From Chrysemys picta bellii (Eukaryota), in contig NC_088807.1 in NCBI RefSeq assembly GCF_011386835.1, positions 3,348,001 through 3,412,000 of the forward strand: 64,000 nt of DNA, read 5' to 3'. Under the pieces are notes generated by a model that was given only the letters and a program-made list of their open reading frames with translations, was not told the origin of the DNA and did no database searches. The number at the start of each line of letters is the position of its first letter. Position 1 is the stretch's first letter. Shown here in pieces: positions 45,186 to 57,929 of the stretch. The translations under genes were made by a program, and so were the position numbers.

Positions 45186-46618
45186 GTGACCAAACTGGCT
45201 CAGGAACAACATGCGGCTCCTTGTATAGGCACCGACTGCTACGAGCGCCAACTTTCCAATGTGCAAGGGAGTGCTCAACCCCTGGCTCTGCCCCAGGCCC
45301 TGCCCCCACTCCACCCCTTCCTGCCCCCTCCTCTGAGCCTGCCGTGCCCTCGCTCTTCCCCCACCCCAGAGCCTGCTGCACACCAGGGGAGGGAGGGAGG
45401 GAGCAGCTGATCAGCCGGGCTGCAGGTGGGTGGGAGGCTCTGGGGGCCGGGAGAGGGGGGAACTGAGGGGGGGCTGCTATGGTATTACTGGGGCTCTTTG
45501 GCAATGTACATTGGTAAATTCTGGCTCCTTCTCAGGCCCAGGTTGGCCACCACCCTCTAACCACTAGACCCCACTGGCCTTCTAGAGCTGGCGATAGAAC
45601 CCAGGAGTCCTGAGGCCCCCCCTTACTTTTCACTCCCCCCCCATCCCACCTTTTTTTCCAGTGTGGGGCCTTTGCCGGCTGGCAGCCTGGGCACATGCCC
45701 TGTCCAGGGAGTGCGGCTCTGCCCACCCGCCGCTGCCTCCCTCCCCAGCCCCGGGCTGGCTGGCTGCCACCAGCCGCTCGGTGCTTCCTGCGGGCTGACG
45801 TCCTTCCGCCTCTGCCCTGCAACACCGGCTGGTTGGGCTGCGGAGGGAGCCAACAGCAGCCGGCGCAGCCCGGTGCCTGCATCGAGCTGACCGGCCTCAG
45901 CCCTGGGAGGACAGCGGGGGAGCCCTGGCCGTGCAGGGCTGTGTGAGCGAGTGATTAGAGCAGGGGATGGCTGGGAGCCAGGACTCCTGGGTTCTCTCCC
46001 CAGCTCAGGGGGGGGAGAGTCTATTGGTTAGAGTAGGTCATTGTTATTGACCTCCTGGGGTGGGTTCTATTCCCTGCTGTTTCACATACTCCCCATGTGA
46101 CTTTGGGCAAGTCCCTTCCTACATGCCGTGCCTCAGTTTCCCCACCTGCACAAATGGGGTCAATGATACTGAACCACCTCCCACTGGTTCGGCCTTTCGT
46201 TGCCAGCTTCCCCGGGAGGAACGTGTCCCTGCAGAGCTGTCTCAGGCTCCAGACGCTGTTTCACGATCCTGAGCTTCGCCCCCTCTCCGAGCATGCCGGG
46301 CAGCAGCTGGATCGCACTGCCTGGAGCAGCAGCATCTCCTCGGCTGGCTTCTCGGCAGCTTCCAACCTGCTGCTCAGGGAACTCGGGGGGCACAACTGCC
46401 TGCCCCTCCTGGGCCAGGCCGCCCAGCACAAACTCCTCTCACTGAAGGGAGAAGAACTGGGCCATTCAAGCCTGCTGAGCTGTGAAACACCCACACCACA
46501 CGCTGTTCAGAAAAGCACTTTAATCTTCACTAACAAGCCGCACAGCTGGTTATATCATCTTCAGCGACTCCATTTCTGGACAGAGCCCTGTGAAACTGAC
46601 CAGCGAATCCATTCCCTG

Positions 46619-48290
46619 TGTTACCAGATGTGCCCATTACTTTGGGGTATGCTCATTTATTCGGGTTACTCCTCTGGGGAAGGGGGTTCTGTAATCCTGT
46701 CAATGTACTGCTTGTGTCACGTATCAGAGGGGTAACCGTGTTAGTCTGAATCTGTAAAAAGCAACAGAGGGTCCTGGGGCACCTTTGAGACTAACAAACT
46801 TCTGTTAGTCTTGAAGGTGCCACAGGACCGTCTGTTGCTTGTGTCGTGTGTGTTTACATATGGAGCTTTACGTCTCCCTTCTGCAAGTCCCCTGCCAATG
46901 GAGCTACCCTGCAGAACCTAGGGTCCCTAGGGCTGGGTTACACCCGCCCCAGAACCGGATGAACACCCCCACACCCACCCGTACATTAACAGAGCAAGTC
47001 TGAGCGGACCGGGTCAATCAGCACTGTCTGGCTGACCTTATATGTCTCTGGACTCACTGGGCTGGAGGAAGCAGCAATTTCACACTGTCTCTCCTTATAT
47101 GCCCCTGGGCTCCATGGACTGGGTCAAGCAGCACTTTCAAGTTGTTACCCTTATGCGTCCCAAATTCAGCACGTCCCTATCCCCACTCCCCCAACACAAT
47201 TGTACTGGCAGTAACCTACTCGATGAGCAAACCCCGCAGGATTTTGGGCGCTGCAGGGATCTTTAGCTTAGGTAAAAGAAGCGTTGCTGTAGAGTGAATG
47301 GGGGAAGCTAAAAACACAAACGAGTAAAGTTCAGCGAGAGAGAGAGAGAAGCAACCAACTTAACCATAGAAGTTATTTACTGAATAACAGTGATAACTAC
47401 ACAAGGAGCTAAACCAACATAACATACATGATTAAAGGTTAATACCTAAGGTAGAAAGGAAAACAGAGAGAGAGAGAGAGAGAGAGAAAGAGGGGGGATC
47501 TCACCCACTCCATGAGGCTTGAACTGGTCGGGGTTCCCAGGTGATGGTGGTAGCTGAGGGTCCTGAGGGCTGGAGACAGGCAGAGCCCCCAGCACGATCA
47601 GTCAGGAGAAGATGGAGTTCCAGTGGAACTGATGCATACTTTGGATCTAAGCATCAGAACAGTGACTGGAGGGTGAGTAGGGATTTTTGTAGAGAAAACA
47701 CAATGGTTGAAGGGAGAACACTAGATTTGTTTATAGATAAGCTAATGACTCAAGGGTTTTCTTTAGACTAGACAATAGGAGCTGATCACTCTGGGCTATG
47801 GGTGGGGTTTTCTTCCAGGGAGCTCACAATGCAACTAGGCTGCTTCAGTATTTGGATATCAATCAAGGATTCATTACTAGAATTGGTCTGATAACTGCTG
47901 AGCTGGGTGTGTGCAGGTGTAGGTTCATTAACATCTGGAGCAGAGATTCCCATGATGCAGTGCTTCCCTGCTTTTTCTGGTCCCAGAGTTCGGTGCAGTT
48001 CTCTGTTCTCCATTCTGTATACAAATTGAGATGTCTTCCTGTCCCATCTTTCATGCAGATGAGGCGAGGGGAGTTGTCTCTGCTCTCCATTCTATATGCT
48101 AATGGAGATGTCTTCATCTTGTCACCCTTGTCAGGAGGGGTCTAGGTGTGTCTCCCAACGCCCTTCACTGCTCTCTGCAAGTTTTTTCCTCTGATGGGTT
48201 TCGGTTTAAGCAGAGGCTGGGGGTGCCTTTCATAAGTCAGGCTGGATACTGCACCCTGGTTCCCCAAGAACACAGAGGTGTCTGGTATCA
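46619..48290. mobile_element. LTR-like insertion (1.67 kb) with a nested Penelope-like hairpin at about 46722-46841
   Basis: TGTTACCAGA...TCTGGTATCA inverted termini, TSD CCTG; absent at paralogous sites near 21450 and 34390. Confidence 0.8.
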
Positions 48291-49786
48291 CCTGCCCCTC
48301 TTTTCTGGTGCGGGACCAGCTCGAAACTTCCAGGCCCTTTTATTAATAAAAACAATTCAGGCCAACAGGAAACCCGTTAGCTCCTCAGTAACTAACCTAC
48401 CAGGGATTTCAGCCTAGGCCCGTGGGATCATTTTAAACAATAACAGCCTGGCCCAAAGGGCCACCATCCACCCCGGCTCTCTGCACACCAAGGGAACGGG
48501 CTGGGAGGTTGCTCAGCGCTAGGACTGAATAGCTACCCTAGTTCCCTTCTCCTTCTCTCCGGTGTTAACCAGGCCTGAGTCCGGTGGAGTCAGCAGGCCT
48601 CATTCTTCACTCAATCAGTTCTGGCCTGTCTTTACCAGTAGGGCTAAGACCCATCCCGCTGACTGCACGCAGGACCAGCTGATGCATTGAAGGCCGTCGC
48701 TGGGCCATGTGGCAGAAATTACACCCCAGTCCCCTAGAAATATCTTGCCCAACAACCCCTGCTGGGAGTGGGCTCTGCGGCTCCACCTATAGCCCTGTGC
48801 CCATGCCCCATGATGATGCGTTAGTACAAGAGTGGACTTTGCCTTATGCCCGCATCACCCCCCAAAATGGGGAGGGAACTGCACCAAAGCACTGCTAGGC
48901 CCCAGTTCTGGTCTCATGTAGACCTGTGTGAATCTGGAGTCACTCCACTGGAGTCTTTCCAGATTTACACACCCATCAGTTATTTCAGAAGCTGACCCTT
49001 GGTTTGTGTCAGCAAAAGGCCTGAGCGTCTACCACGCCCACTGGCTTTGCTGGGATCTGAGCGCAGCGAGAACAGACCTGAAGGTTATGTTCCCCATAAA
49101 CTCCTGGACAATCAACAAGCAGCTATTTCCATTTGTCTAGGGGCTGCACGGTATGGTATTCTCGTGAGCGCTGCACTACCCGAAGCTTGCAGGAGCTGGG
49201 TTCGAATCCCCCTTCCCTAGAACCATGCAATCTAATTAGCACCGGGGGTAGGGGGGTATATTTTCTTCACCTGTGAATCTGGATTCACATCAGACAGGCA
49301 TCAGCTGGCAGAAAAAAATCTTTCATTAACAGAACCCACCTCTCTGCAGCTTCCTAACGGAAATGTGGCAGGGACAATCTGAAAATTCCGCATCGTAGTG
49401 GTTAAAAACAACAACACCCCAAACAACTATTTTTTTAACCCCTTCACACTCTGATGACACAATCCCAAAGCCCCCCAAATAGAGGCACAAGCCCAGTTAT
49501 TTCCATCTTTAATGTCTTGTTGCTTCTGCCGTGCAGGGGCAGGGTCACACTGACCGAAGTCAGGCACTAGGAACCTAAAGATTCACCCCGGTGCTCTTTG
49601 GTCCTGCGCAGGACGAGGCTGGCCAGAAAGAACGGACCGAAGACGCTCCTCAGACAAAGGGGCGTATTAATTTCAATGAGACGCATCCCCCTGATTTGTT
49701 CTCGGACGGGAGAGGAGCTCGCAGAGGCAAATGGGGATCATCATTCCGGCTCGCGTGAGAGATTCATGGAGACCCGCTCCGGGCTC

Positions 49787-49924
49787 TCAGCTGAGCTTCA
49801 CCATGACTGTGGAGTTGGTGATCCGTGCGCCGTAGTGTCCTGCCCAGAAAAGAATGTCCTTCCCTTTGTGGAGGAAATGCACATACCGGACGCCGCGGCC
49901 GTACTGCCTGAACCGGTAGGACAC
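49787..49924 (-). CDS. Copy C exon 5 (terminal)
   Basis: [45 protein letters not shown]. Confidence 0.92.
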   Translation of the reverse strand: MSYRFRQYGRGVRYVHFLHKGKDILFWAGHYGARITNSTVMVKLS

Positions 49925-52900
49925 CTGGGAGGGAAGGAAAAGGAACCCAAATTGATCTCTGGACCCTGTCACAAATCCGTGGGCTCCAGAGAGAGGAAGT
50001 AGGGGCTACACAGACTGGGGAAGATATTCTTGCAGGGCAGGGGCTGGGCAAAACGGAATAGCTGCTGTGCAGCGAGGGGGGGGGGTCGGAGAGCAGGCGC
50101 CTGCCCCGCACTCCCCCCAGAGTGGTGGCCTCAGTTCCCTGTAAGGTGCTTGGCCGAGCAGCAGCCTATTTAGTGCTGTGCAGGGGCTCAGGGAACGCGC
50201 CCGTCTGGGACCTGCTGCAGCCAGGGCGCCCCTCCCCTAACTCAGCCCCGGACCTGCTGCGGTCGTGAGAGGGACATCCTCAATCCAGCCCCATCCAGGC
50301 CCTGCCTTGGCCAGGGAGAGAGGCATCCCAGCCCCGGCCCGAACCTCCTGTGGCCGGTGATGGGCGCCTATCCCACAGCCCCAAGTGCTGCTGCGGCGAG
50401 AGAGAGCTGGGGGGAGCCCCAGAGCACCCTCCTGCACCCCAAACCCCTCATCCCCGGCCCCACCTCAGAGCCCGCACCCCCAGCCAAAGTCTGGAGATAA
50501 ATGGGAGAAGGGAGGGACAGGCAGTAGAAACAAAAGTGAAACTGTTTGAGCAGCATAATCCAGAAGTCTTGAGGTCTTTCTGAGCGTAGCCGTCATTGAT
50601 TTGAGATCTACCATACCGTTCTCTCACTAGACGGGAAAACCTATAATGGCAGCAAGCCATAAAAGAGACCCAATTTGGGTCTCATCTATCTGAGTTGTGA
50701 GGAATATGTATTAAGATTATACCAACCAACAAGAATGCACTTTTATGTAGAAATCCATGATTAAATCGAGTCTTCCTGACTAGTGATTTAAATCAAATCC
50801 ACCCTGCACATAACAAAATTCATTCTGCACATGGGTGGGAAAAATTAAAGGGAGCTCTGGCGGTGACTCCCATCCCACAGGTCTGGGGCCGGCTCCAGCC
50901 CTTTGCAGAATTCGGAGGAGCCTGCTAGAGCGTCACGTAACACGAGTGTCCGTGCACAGGTGGGGCCATTCCTACCTCTTTCCTGGCCCTGGTTTTCCCG
51001 CTGAGTGGGGCAGGCAGGAATAGTTTAGGGGGGAGGATGAGCACCCACTACCCCTAGCTATCTGCCGCCTGTGGTGGGCTAATGGATAGAGGACTAGATG
51101 TCAGGAGACCTGTGTTCTATTCCTCTCTCTGCCACCGCCACCCGCGCCTCCACTCCATAATAAAACATACATAATTTTACAAATTACGCCCACTTCATCC
51201 CTACCGATGTTAGATCTCAAAGCACTTTACAGTAGAGCTTCGTATTAGGGTGACCAGATAGCGAGTGTGAAAAATCGGGATGGGGGTGGGAGGGTAATAG
51301 GAGCCTATATAAGACAAAGCCCCAAATATCGGGACATCTGGTCACCCTACTTGGTATCGTTATCCCCCTTTCACAAGGAAACGGAGGCACAGGGAGGGGA
51401 AGTGACTTGCCCAAAGTCAACCCAGTGGCTGAGTCGGTTCTAGAACCCAGGTGTCTGACTCCCGGTCCCCAAATATTCCCAGAGAGCTGGCAACGGAGCC
51501 GGCTCACCTGGTGATACTGCGCGTCGTTCCACTGTTGTATGGGATCGGGGGTGGCTTGGAATTCAGCGATTACAGTTGTTCTGTTGGCAGCCAGGAGCCT
51601 GACGCAGATGGAGTATTCACAGCCACAGTCTTCCCGGGCACCCCACCTGTGGGACGGGAGCAGATGATGGGGAACAAGGAACCTCGGAGGGCAGCAAGAG
51701 GGAGACAGGACACAGCCCCCCGAATGTAGAAGGTAACAGGAATCCTGGGAACACACACAGCCGAATCCAACACACGCAGCACCACCGGCTTTTTGGTCCC
51801 CATCAATCAGGGGATTGCACCAGCATCTTAGCTCCAAGCACTGTAACATCCTCAGCCGCTGGTCTTGTCTAGCCCAGCAACTTCAGGGAAGCCCGACTAC
51901 AATCCTAGCCAGCAAGTCCGAGAACAGACGTGACCTGCGACGTGCATTTGACGCAAGCCCCTGACCAAGAGTTGGGCGGGAGAAACTCACTGTTAAAAAT
52001 CCAACCGTTCTCACACCTTTAATTAAGGGCTAAGAGGGCTCCCAACTGACATCTCTGGGTCCTCCAGGTTCAACAGACTTGATAATTTTAAGGCTTAAAA
52101 AAGTAACAACCCCCAAACAAATCCAAACCCTTTGATTTTGAGGCACAGGTGGCCCCTATAACTAGAAATGAAGGAAACCACAGAGGTCGTATTTTAGTCA
52201 TCAGAAATCAGCAGCAAAGACACAATCCCATTTCTTTCAGCAAGTCACCATTAAGGCCTCCAGGGAGAAGAGGGTGAAACTTACCAATCGGCGATGTAGA
52301 TTTCCGGTTGGTAGGTATCCAGCAGTTTTTCCCATAACCCCTCCTTTAGAAGATCTACGAGCTGCGATTTGATGCACCACCTACAGAGGGGGACAGGAAA
52401 CCCTAATGAGATATTGCAATAGCACCTAACTGAGATCAGGGCCACATTGTGCAGGGCGCTGCGCAGAGGGGAAACCGAGGCACAGACAGAGGAAGTCGTT
52501 TTTGCTCAAGGTCACACAGCAGAGCCAGGAACAGAGCTCAGGTGTTCACGCCTCCGGGCACTGCCCCAGGACAGCTCCCTGTGTAGACAGGCAAAGCGGC
52601 CATAAGCCATGATTTGAACTCATGGGATCAGCTCCCGCAGTGCAAATAATAGCTGCTATAGGAGTTTGCCGGGGCAGCTACGTCTGGGACTGGAATCAGG
52701 GGAAATCAGCCGTGCAGAGAAGGCCTCGTAAATCTGGAGTGACACCGTTCCCAGTTCTCCTCTGCCAGACACCTCGGGTCGATACCGACACCTGGGTAGA
52801 GTGTTTGTGTGTCATGACGACACAAGGGCAGCACAGAGTCAGGGCCTGCATCTGATCTTGGTTATACTGCTGCAAATCCAGAGCAACTCCAGATTTACTT

Positions 52901-55056
52901 AGGGCTTGTCTACACTGGCAAGTTTCTGCGCAGTGAAGCAGCTTTTTGCACTCAAACTGCAGACGTGTACACACTGCTGAGCCACCTTGTGCGCCAAACT
53001 CCTCAGTTGCAGCGCTGCAAAAAACACCTCGCCGAGTCGTAAGGCTGTTTGCACCGAGGCTCCAGCGCTCATTGCCAGTGTAGACACTTGATTGCTATTG
53101 CGCTGTAATTGGCTTCCAGAGCTGTCCCTTAATCCCTCAAGTGACATCCCAGGGTTTCCCCGGTTCCCTGCCTCAGGACTGGTTGCATCCTGCCACTGTC
53201 TGAACTTAGAAGACAGCATCTGACACCCTCTGTCCCCCAAAACACACTGTCTCTCCCCCCCCCTCCACCCACTTCAGTTGAAAAGCAGCTGGCAACGTAG
53301 TAGGATGCCCATGGAACAGTGGGATTGGGAAACCTGCATCATGTGACACTGTGCCTACCCATGAGGCATTGCAAACCCTTCCCAAAGCCCCCTGCGGCCA
53401 GTTTGTACAGTGGGAAGCTCCCACAATGCACTGCTGTCTTTGCCCTTGCAAGAGCTGCTAATGTGGATGTGCTCCAGCGTCACAAGGAGCACAGTGTGGA
53501 CACACAACAGCGGTTTAATTCCAGCACTTTAATAAAAGCGGTATAACTTGTGGCGCAGAAACTTGCCAGTGTAGACACACCCTTAGACCACGTCCACAGC
53601 AGGAGCACTTTGCCGGTATAAGAATCCCAGGACACCCTGTTGGCAACTAAAACCACCCTCCCTGAGCAACACAAACTCTCCTAGTAACAGTGCACCGTAC
53701 TGTATCACTGAATCCACACTGGCTAGCACAACTCTCTTCCCAACGCCTGACCGACAGATCTGTGCCGGCAGAAATCTGTAGTGTAGCCTAAATCCAGAGC
53801 CACTCCGGATTTACTGGTGTGTACATATATTTGGGACATGACAGTACAAGGTGCAGGGCAGACTCAGGCCTGGCACCTCTTGGTCTCATTTATGCTGGAT
53901 CGATCGAGAGCGACTCTGGATTCATAGGGGCACACGCCAGCTCAGGACAGGTCTGGCTTTTGGAGAACGGGTAGCTCTCTGCCCCATGAGGAAGGTGGGG
54001 GGCAAACGGGAAGGCCCAGGGGACCGACTCACTGAAAGGATGAGACAAAGCAGGTCTGGGCCGGGGCGCCCTCGACCGGGCAGCGGTTCTCTTCCACCTT
54101 CCAGCCATGGCCCCCATGCTCCACCTGCCAGTGACTGAACTGATCTGCGGGAAGAGGCTGTGTCAAGAAGGGGTATGAGGTGTGGTGGGAGCTGGTTTGA
54201 TGGGGTGGGGGATGATGCCCAGGTGGGCACCCATTCCCAGGGGAAGGGGAGGAGTCGGTTAATGTGGCTCTCCAAAATAAACAGAGAGAGAACTAAATAC
54301 CTGGGAGAGGGGGGGTTGCAGGGGAGGAGGGAGACTCCCCCCCTTTCCTGACACCCATCTCAGTACCCCAGGTACCTTTTTGCCCCAGTGCCCTCTCATC
54401 CCCCACCAGTGCTAATTTTTTCCCCTTCCCCCACTCTGGTGATCCCTCTCCTTTGCCCCCCCAACACAACCCACACTCTCTCTGGTGCCCCTCCCCATAT
54501 ACACACACCTCAGTGCTCCCCATTCACCTCCTACTGTCCCACCTGGGCCCCCCTCCTCCAATCCCCTCTCCCTCCCCACCCCCGGTGGCACCTGGCATTG
54601 GTCACTGTCGGAAGACAGGACACTGGGGGAGATGGACCATGGGTCTGACCCACTGTGGCCGTTCTTATGGTGCCCCCCCCAACCTGCCCTGGACTCCCCC
54701 CTCCCTATAATCCCCCTTCCCTCTCCCAGGCCCCCCCCGGTCCGGCACCCACCCTGCCCGCAGGGGTTCCGGACCAGGTTGCGCCCGAAGGGCTCCAGGA
54801 CGCAGATCCGGCTCCACTGCGGCGGGAGGCAGAGGCGGGCGGCCGCCAGGGTGGCCCCCAAGCCCGGGCACCTCTCGCCCTGCAGCCGCCAGACCGTGGG
54901 CCCGTCGATGAGGTCCCGCCAGCGGCGACACACCAGCCGGCAGCGGGTCACCAGGACGCGGCCCGGGACCCAGCTCAGGATCTGCGCCAGGAGCTCGTCC
55001 GGGAGCGGGTTCAGGTCCAGCAGGACCGGGGGAGCCCGGCTCTCCGACTGCCCCAT
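49787..55056 (-). CDS. FBXO27: FBXO27-like F-box/FBA lectin, copy C (about 262 aa, closest to family consensus; FBXO27 vs FBXO17 orthology unresolved)
   Basis: Exons 54753-55056, 54033-54144, 52285-52380, 51508-51646, 49787-49924 in frame; WGAREDCGC and [13 protein letters not shown] resemble recalled human FBXO27 WGARHDSGC and [13 protein letters not shown]; adjacent to ACP7 as FBXO27 is in human. Confidence 0.88.
51246..51349. mobile_element. Short hAT MITE, copy C only (same family at 59355-59478)
   Basis: TIR TAGGGTGACCAGAT, 8-bp TSD CTTCGTAT/CTTGGTAT. Confidence 0.75.
51508..51646 (-). CDS. Copy C exon 4
   Basis: 139 nt, [46 protein letters not shown]. Confidence 0.92.
52285..52380 (-). 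CDS. Copy C exon 3
   Basis: 96 nt, [31 protein letters not shown]. Confidence 0.92.
54033..54144 (-). CDS. Copy C exon 2
   Basis: 112 nt, [37 protein letters not shown]. Confidence 0.92.
54753..55056 (-). CDS. Copy C exon 1 (F-box)
   Basis: 101 codons + 1 nt, [23 protein letters not shown]...RNPCGQ. Confidence 0.92.
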
Positions 55057-57832
55057 GGCCGGGGGGCGGCCTGGCTCGCTCAGGCCCAGTTACTTTCCCT
55101 TCTGCATCCGCTCATGTGATCCCGGCCCCGCCTTGGAGCCGCCCCCGACCTGGTTCACACGGTGCAAAGCGAGCACCGGATTCCCCCCTTGCCCGCCAGG
55201 GGGTGCCTGGAACAGGCTCCGGGTTCCCGGCTCTGCCCCGCTGCGGGGTCTGACACCGGTTCTGGTCACCGGCTGGTGTAAATCGGAGTCACCCCCAACC
55301 CCGCCGTCCCTGGTGCCCCCCCACTCCTCTGTGCCCCCCTCCCCCACACAGCGCCCCCCACCTGGTCCCCCCCTTCTCTCCCCACCCCAGGCATTGCCCC
55401 CCGCCTCTGACCACTAGACCCCACTGCTCTTCTGGAGCTGGGGAGAGAACCCAGGAGTCCTGAGGCCCCCCCCTTACTTTTCACCCCCCTCCATCTCCCA
55501 GCTTCTTTTCCGGTGTGGGGCGGGCACATGCCCCGTGCAGGGTGTGCGGCTCTGCCCGCCCCTGCCTCCCTCCCCAGCCCCGGGGCCACCCGCCGCTCGG
55601 TGCCTCCTGCGGGCTGACGTCCTTCCGCCCGGCCCTGCAGCACCGGCTGGTTGGGCTGCGGAGGGAGCCGAGAGCAGCCGGGGCAGCCCGGTGCCTGCAT
55701 CGAGCTGACCGGCCTCAGCCCTGGGAGGACAGCGGGGAGCCCTGGCCGTGCGGGCGGCTGCGGAGCGAGGTAAACGCGAGTGCGGGGCTAGGGAGACCCC
55801 TGGCCGGGCAGGGGAGTGTGAGCGAGTGGTTGGGGGGTCTGGGAGCCAGGACTCCTGGGTTCTTTCCCCAGCTCTGGGAGGGGAGTGGGGTCTAGTGGCT
55901 AGAGCAGGGGGTCTGGGAGCCAGGACTCCTGGGTTCTTTCCCCAGTTCTGGGAGGGGAGTGGGGTCTAGTGGCTAGAGCAGGGGAGGCTGGGAGCCAGGA
56001 CTCCTGGGTTCTATCCGAGCTCTGGGAGGGGAGTGGGGTCTAGTGGTTAGAGCAAGGGGGCTGGGAGCCAGGACTCCTGGGTTCTATCCCAGCTGTGGGA
56101 GGGGAGTGGGTTCTAGTGGCTAGAGCAGGGGGTCTGGGAGCCAGGACTCCTGGGTTCTCTCCCCAGCTTGGGGAAGGGAGGGGAGGGGGGTTATAGTGAT
56201 TAAAGTAGGTCACTGTTATTAACCTCCCAGGGCTGGGTTCTATTCCCTGCTGTCTCACAGACTCCCCACGTGACTTTGGGCAAGTCCCTGCCTACGTGCT
56301 GTGCCTCAGTTTCCCCACCTGCACAAACGGGGTCAATGACACTGAACCACCTCCCACGGCGGGTGTGGAGGTGGCTGAGAGCAGCCAGGGAAGGACTGAA
56401 TATGTCAGCACCGTAACTGGTGCCCAGCAACTCGCAGAGCACAGGCATGGAGCTGGGCCCTGCCCCAAGGCGTTTGCAGTCCGGCTGCTGCCCTGCGTGG
56501 GAATGCCATAGGGGGGTAGAAAGCTCCCAAAGCTAGAAATAGAACCCAGGAGTCCTGATTCCCAGCCCACACCTCCTGCTCTAACCACTAGATCCCACTC
56601 CCCTTCCAGAGCTGGGGAGAGAACCCAGGAGTCCTGCCTCACATCCCCCCACGCGCTAACACAGCGCCCTGACCTAAGAAGCACTAGATCTTCCTTCCCC
56701 ATTTCCCCCCCATCTCATGACTTGCTTTAATGTTGCAACTCTGTCCGCTGGATAACTCAGCCGGTCAGGTCTAGCCGGCGTCTCCACCTGCCAGCGCCCC
56801 GTCCCCTCCCGCGTGGAATCCCTGAGGGGGATCCATCCCTCGGTGCTTCTCCAATGACTGATTTCTTGGCCTCGCTAGGTTCTCCCATCACCCCACGGCT
56901 AAGGGAGCTGGGGCTTTAATGCTAGGGTAGGGGGCAGTATGTGGGGGGTGCAGTGGTATCTCCCTGGCACTACTCGCTCCGTGGTTGCTCAGGTCGTCCG
57001 TTTGCAAGGTTGCCCATCTGGCACCGCCCAAGCCCCTAATTGGGGTTACGGGCAGAGTTGGGGGGCCAGACGGCTGGTGTGGGTGGCAGCTTGGATAACA
57101 GGGCGTGCCTGTTTGTCTGCCTCTGCTCTCGGGTTCGCCCAGGAGCGGGACTCTGGGCTGCCCGTCCTGGTGGGTCAGCGTGGTGCGGAGGGGCACCTGC
57201 CTAGTGCCCTGGGGCAGAGCCAGGAGCAACTGGCACGGGAGGGGCAGCCGGTGTTGGCCTGGGGCTTGAGGTGGGAGGGAGAATTTTGGTTGCTGTCCCA
57301 TGGCACAGGGACCCCATCCCCCTTCTGCGAGGGCACCCTGATCCCTCCCCAACAGACTGTATCCCCTCAGCCCCCCTTTGTGAGGGCGTGGAGGCTGTTT
57401 TTCCAGGCATCCCTTGCCCGATGCTGAGATGCAGCTGCCTCTGGGGTGGCGTGTGTTGGCTGTCTATACAGGGATCCACCATAAGGGACGTGTTTGTCCC
57501 CTGCAGCCAGCTCCCCAATAACTCCACTCCTATACCCCATCAGGGAACCCCAGAGCTCGGTCCCCCAGCACCTCCTCCTAGCCTCCCCACTAGGAGACCC
57601 CCAGAGCCAGCTCCCCCTTACCCCTGCTCCCAGCCCCCCCATAACTCTGTGAATTTGAACTCTGCCCCGCAGGAGTTGCCTAGCCTCACTGCTGACGTAT
57701 CAGGCTGTGGAAATCAGAGCTGTGAGGCGCTGACTCAGGACAACAGGAGGATCTGACCCGCTCAGAGGCCAGCGCCCCACGGCTTTCGTTTCCCCGTCCC
57801 TCTCCCACACAGCCGGGAAGAGCAGGACGAGG

Positions 57833-57929
57833 ATGGGGCCGCGCGGCTGGCTCTGCCTGGTGCTCCCCTGGGTGCTGTGCCAGGGCACCAGCCGCACCCA
57901 GCCTGAGCAAGTGCATCTCTCCTACCCAG
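57833..57929 (+). CDS. ACP7: ACP7 first coding exon (MGPRGWLCLVLPWVLCQGTSRTQPEQVHLSYP)
   Basis: 97 nt; acceptor at 57812/57813 implies an upstream non-coding exon. Confidence 0.92.

Larger units (their letters stand above)
19721..56920. repeat. Tandem segmental triplication: units about 19721-33078, 33613-46184, 46185-56920
   Basis: Exons, introns and flanks recur three times (e.g. 20627-21780 / 33637-34740 / 46185-46618 + 48291-48620). Confidence 0.9.
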
